Shown here piece by piece: positions 21,710-24,000 of a stretch of DNA of 24,000 nt. The notes beneath the pieces are model-generated. The model had not been told where the DNA came from, did not search any database, and saw only the letters and a program-made list of their open reading frames with translations. The translations under genes and the position numbers were made by a program. Source of the DNA: Blastocatellia bacterium (GTDB lineage: Bacteria; Acidobacteriota; Blastocatellia; Pyrinomonadales; Pyrinomonadaceae); NCBI GenBank assembly GCA_003488005.1, contig DNND01000024.1, forward strand, positions 1-24,000, in the 5' to 3' direction. The stretch's first letter is position 1. Every line of letters begins with the position of its first letter.

Positions 21710-23572
21710 TTACAAATACTCTTCAACCTTGCGAACGATCTCGCGAATCTGGAACGGACGGCCTTTGACTTTCGAGAAGGCAATCGCATCAACCAGGTAC
21801 TTCGCACGAATCATGGTACACAGTTGGCCCAGGTTCATCTCCGGCACGATCACCGTTTCAAAACCGGCAAGCACTTCGCCCAAGTTCTTCGGGAATGGGT
21901 TCAAATAGCGCAAGTGTGCCGCGGAAACGCTCTTACCTTCGCTCTGAAGTTTCTCGACGGCCGTGCTAATCGAGCCATAAGTCGAACCCCAGCCCAGCAC
22001 CAGCACCTTGCCCGTCTTTTCTCCGAACACTTCGACGACCGGAATGTCATTGGCAACTCGATCGATTTTTTCCTGGCGCAGCTTGACCATCAGATGATGG
22101 TTTTCCGGGTCGTAGTTCACGTTGCCGGTGATGTGTTGTTTCTCGATGCCGCCGATGCGATGCTCGAGTCCCGGCGTTCCGGGAATTGCATAGGGCCGCG
22201 CCAGCGTTTCCGGATCGCGCGAGTAGGGCATGAAGTTCGCCGGATCGGACGCAAACTTAACTTCGATCTTCGGCAGGTCGCTGATTTCCGGAATGGCCCA
22301 CGGCTCGGCGCCATTCGCGAGATAACCATCAGATAGGTAAAAGACCGGGCTCATGTATTTGAACGCGAGACGCACTGCTTCAATTGCCATTGCGAAGCAG
22401 TCGGCCGGCGTCTGCGGCGCAATCACGATAGCGGGACATTCGCCGTTGCGTCCCCAGACTGCCTGGAAAAGATCAGCCTGCTCAGTTTTTGTCGGCAAGC
22501 CGGTTGATGGACCACCGCGCTGCACGTTGATAATGACCAACGGCAACTCAGTCATCACTGCTAAACCAATCGCTTCCTGTTTGAGAGCGACTCCGGGACC
22601 GGATGTTCCAGTCAAGCCAATTTGCCCGGCAAAGCTGGCGCCGATGGCTGCGCAAACCGCTGCGATTTCATCTTCCGCCTGAAAAGTTTTCACACCAAAA
22701 CTTTTGTGGCGTGCCAACTCATGCAGAATGTCCGAAGCTGGAGTGATCGGATACGAACCGTAGAACAGCGGGCGATTCGCGAGTTGTGACGCCGCAACAA
22801 AACCGATAGCAGTTGCTTCGTTGCCGGTAATTTTCCGGTACTTGCCGGGCGCAATCTTCGCCTTCTTGATCGTGTAATGCGTGGTAAAGATTTCGGTCGT
22901 GTCGGCAAAGTTGTAGCCGGTGCGCAACGCGATTTCGTTAGCTTTTGCGAGTTCCGGGTTCTTGCCAAATTTGCTGGTGATCCAGTGGAGCGTGTTCTCC
23001 ATCGGCCGGTCGTAAAGCCAATAGAGCACGCCGAGCGCGAAAAAGTTTTTGGAACGATCAATCTCTTTGCGCGAAAGGGTGACGTTGCCTTTAAGCGCAT
23101 TCATGTTGAGCGTGGTCACCGGTAACTTGTGCACGCGATAGCCGGCGAGAGAGCCATCTTCCAATGGATTGGAAGCATAGTTTGCATACTTCAGGTTCTC
23201 AGGCGTAAAGCCGTCAGTATTAATAATGAGCGTGCCGCCTTCTTCGAGGTCGGGCAGATTCACTTTCAAGGCTGCCGGGTTCATCGCCACCAAAACGCTC
23301 GGCTGATCGCCCGGCGTTTTGATGTCCTGGCTCGAGAAGTTCAACTGAAAACCGCTGACGCCGGGCAAGCTACCCGCAGGCGCGCGAATCTCGGCAGGGA
23401 AATCAGGCAACGTCGAGATATCGTTACCGACAACCGCCGACGTGTTTGTAAATTGGGTGCCCGTTAACTGCATGCCGTCGCCAGAGTCGCCGGCAAAGCG
23501 GATGGTAACGGCTTCGACTTCCTCGAGATTCTTTACCGTGTGTTCTACCGGGGGTTCGATAACAGTGCTCAT
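21710..23572 (-). CDS. korA: 2-oxoglutarate:ferredoxin (2-oxoacid:acceptor) oxidoreductase, alpha subunit
   Basis: 620 aa. The N-terminal gamma-like domain ([15 protein letters not shown]) is fused to the alpha domains ([29 protein letters not shown]), typical of KorA. The partner korB lies downstream on the same strand. Confidence 0.92.
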   Translation of the reverse strand: MSTVIEPPVEHTVKNLEEVEAVTIRFAGDSGDGMQLTGTQFTNTSAVVGNDISTLPDFPAEIRAPAGSLPGVSGFQLNFSSQDIKTPGDQPSVLVAMNPAALKVNLPDLEEGGTLIINTDGFTPENLKYANYASNPLEDGSLAGYRVHKLPVTTLNMNALKGNVTLSRKEIDRSKNFFALGVLYWLYDRPMENTLHWITSKFGKNPELAKANEIALRTGYNFADTTEIFTTHYTIKKAKIAPGKYRKITGNEATAIGFVAASQLANRPLFYGSYPITPASDILHELARHKSFGVKTFQAEDEIAAVCAAIGASFAGQIGLTGTSGPGVALKQEAIGLAVMTELPLVIINVQRGGPSTGLPTKTEQADLFQAVWGRNGECPAIVIAPQTPADCFAMAIEAVRLAFKYMSPVFYLSDGYLANGAEPWAIPEISDLPKIEVKFASDPANFMPYSRDPETLARPYAIPGTPGLEHRIGGIEKQHITGNVNYDPENHHLMVKLRQEKIDRVANDIPVVEVFGEKTGKVLVLGWGSTYGSISTAVEKLQSEGKSVSAAHLRYLNPFPKNLGEVLAGFETVIVPEMNLGQLCTMIRAKYLVDAIAFSKVKGRPFQIREIVRKVEEYL

Positions 23573-23604
23573 GTGTATTTAGCGAAGTTCCTTTCCAACT
23601 AGGG

Positions 23605-23678
23605 CGTAAATCGTCAATCGTAAATCGTGAATAGAAAAAGCGTACTGACTATTTACGATTCACGATTCACGATTCACG
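23605..23678. repeat. Inverted heptamer arrays forming a 28-bp-arm hairpin
   Basis: CGTAAAT CGTCAAT CGTAAAT CGTGAAT (23605-23632), an 18-nt loop, then ATTTACG ATTCACG ATTCACG ATTCACG (23651-23678). 24 of 28 positions are complementary. It lies between the CBS gene stop (23684) and the korA start (23572). Confidence 0.85.
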
Positions 23679-23683
23679 AAGGT

Positions 23684-24000
23684 TTACCCGCCATCAGTGC
23701 TATCCATCACCTGATTTGGATTCGGCGGCAGGTTCATCGTGGTTTTCGGGTAGCTCTCAGCGAGATAACGAATTACGTCAAATACCGAAATCGAGCCGAC
23801 CAGCTTGCCATCTTTCACCAGCGGAATATTGCGATAACCCTTGTCATTCATAATCGCCACGGCATCGCCGATCGTGGCGTCCGGCGTTAGCGTCGCGACT
23901 ACCGGCGACATCCAATTGCTCACCGGCGCGGTCTCGTCCACCGCTTGTCCTACCACCTTCGTCAGTAGATCACGTTCCGTAAAAATCCCCACCACCGAGC
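23684..24000 (-). CDS. CBS-domain protein, partial (5' end beyond the window)
   Basis: VGIFTERDLLTKV and IPLVKDGKLVGSISVFDVIRYL are CBS motifs. The frame stays open to position 24000, and the M in the track is a GTG inside the ORF. Confidence 0.8.
   Translation of the reverse strand, partial: SVVGIFTERDLLTKVVGQAVDETAPVSNWMSPVVATLTPDATIGDAVAIMNDKGYRNIPLVKDGKLVGSISVFDVIRYLAESYPKTTMNLPPNPNQVMDSTDGG

Overview
This 24-kb window looks chromosomal and is probably from an Acidobacteriota-like soil bacterium; that guess rests on gene content and repeat style and cannot be verified here. Core genes, about 55-60% GC by spot counts: a lipoprotein di-haem cytochrome c, a class I SAM methyltransferase, a small 4-TM membrane protein, a 1176-aa secreted BNR/Asp-box (sortilin/GH74-like) protein, a repeat-containing lipoprotein, an EF-P-like factor (YeiP/EfpL type), two CBS-domain proteins, and korA/korB (2-oxoglutarate:ferredoxin oxidoreductase). 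Three things stand out. (1) A lower-GC accessory island (about 2633-10250) carries an EcoRII-family restriction enzyme, Vsr and a C5 cytosine methyltransferase. Co-oriented with the methyltransferase is a translationally coupled five-gene operon (5575-10043, minus strand) built around a GHKL/Bergerat-fold ATPase, with four partner proteins I cannot assign to any family. This operon is my best candidate for an undescribed defence or conflict system. (2) Outside the island, almost every intergenic space consists of in-phase 7-nt tandem repeats, often as inverted arrays, and some supply gene stop codons. There are also at least four families of palindromic REP/MITE-like elements. (3) The kor operon is colonised by small accessory genes: a nucleotidyltransferase-fold gene and a Uma2 endonuclease sit between korA and korB, and a four-helix-bundle (23S rRNA IVS-type) gene flanked by inverted heptamer arrays follows korB. 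I saw no rRNA, tRNA, CRISPR array, integrase or transposase.
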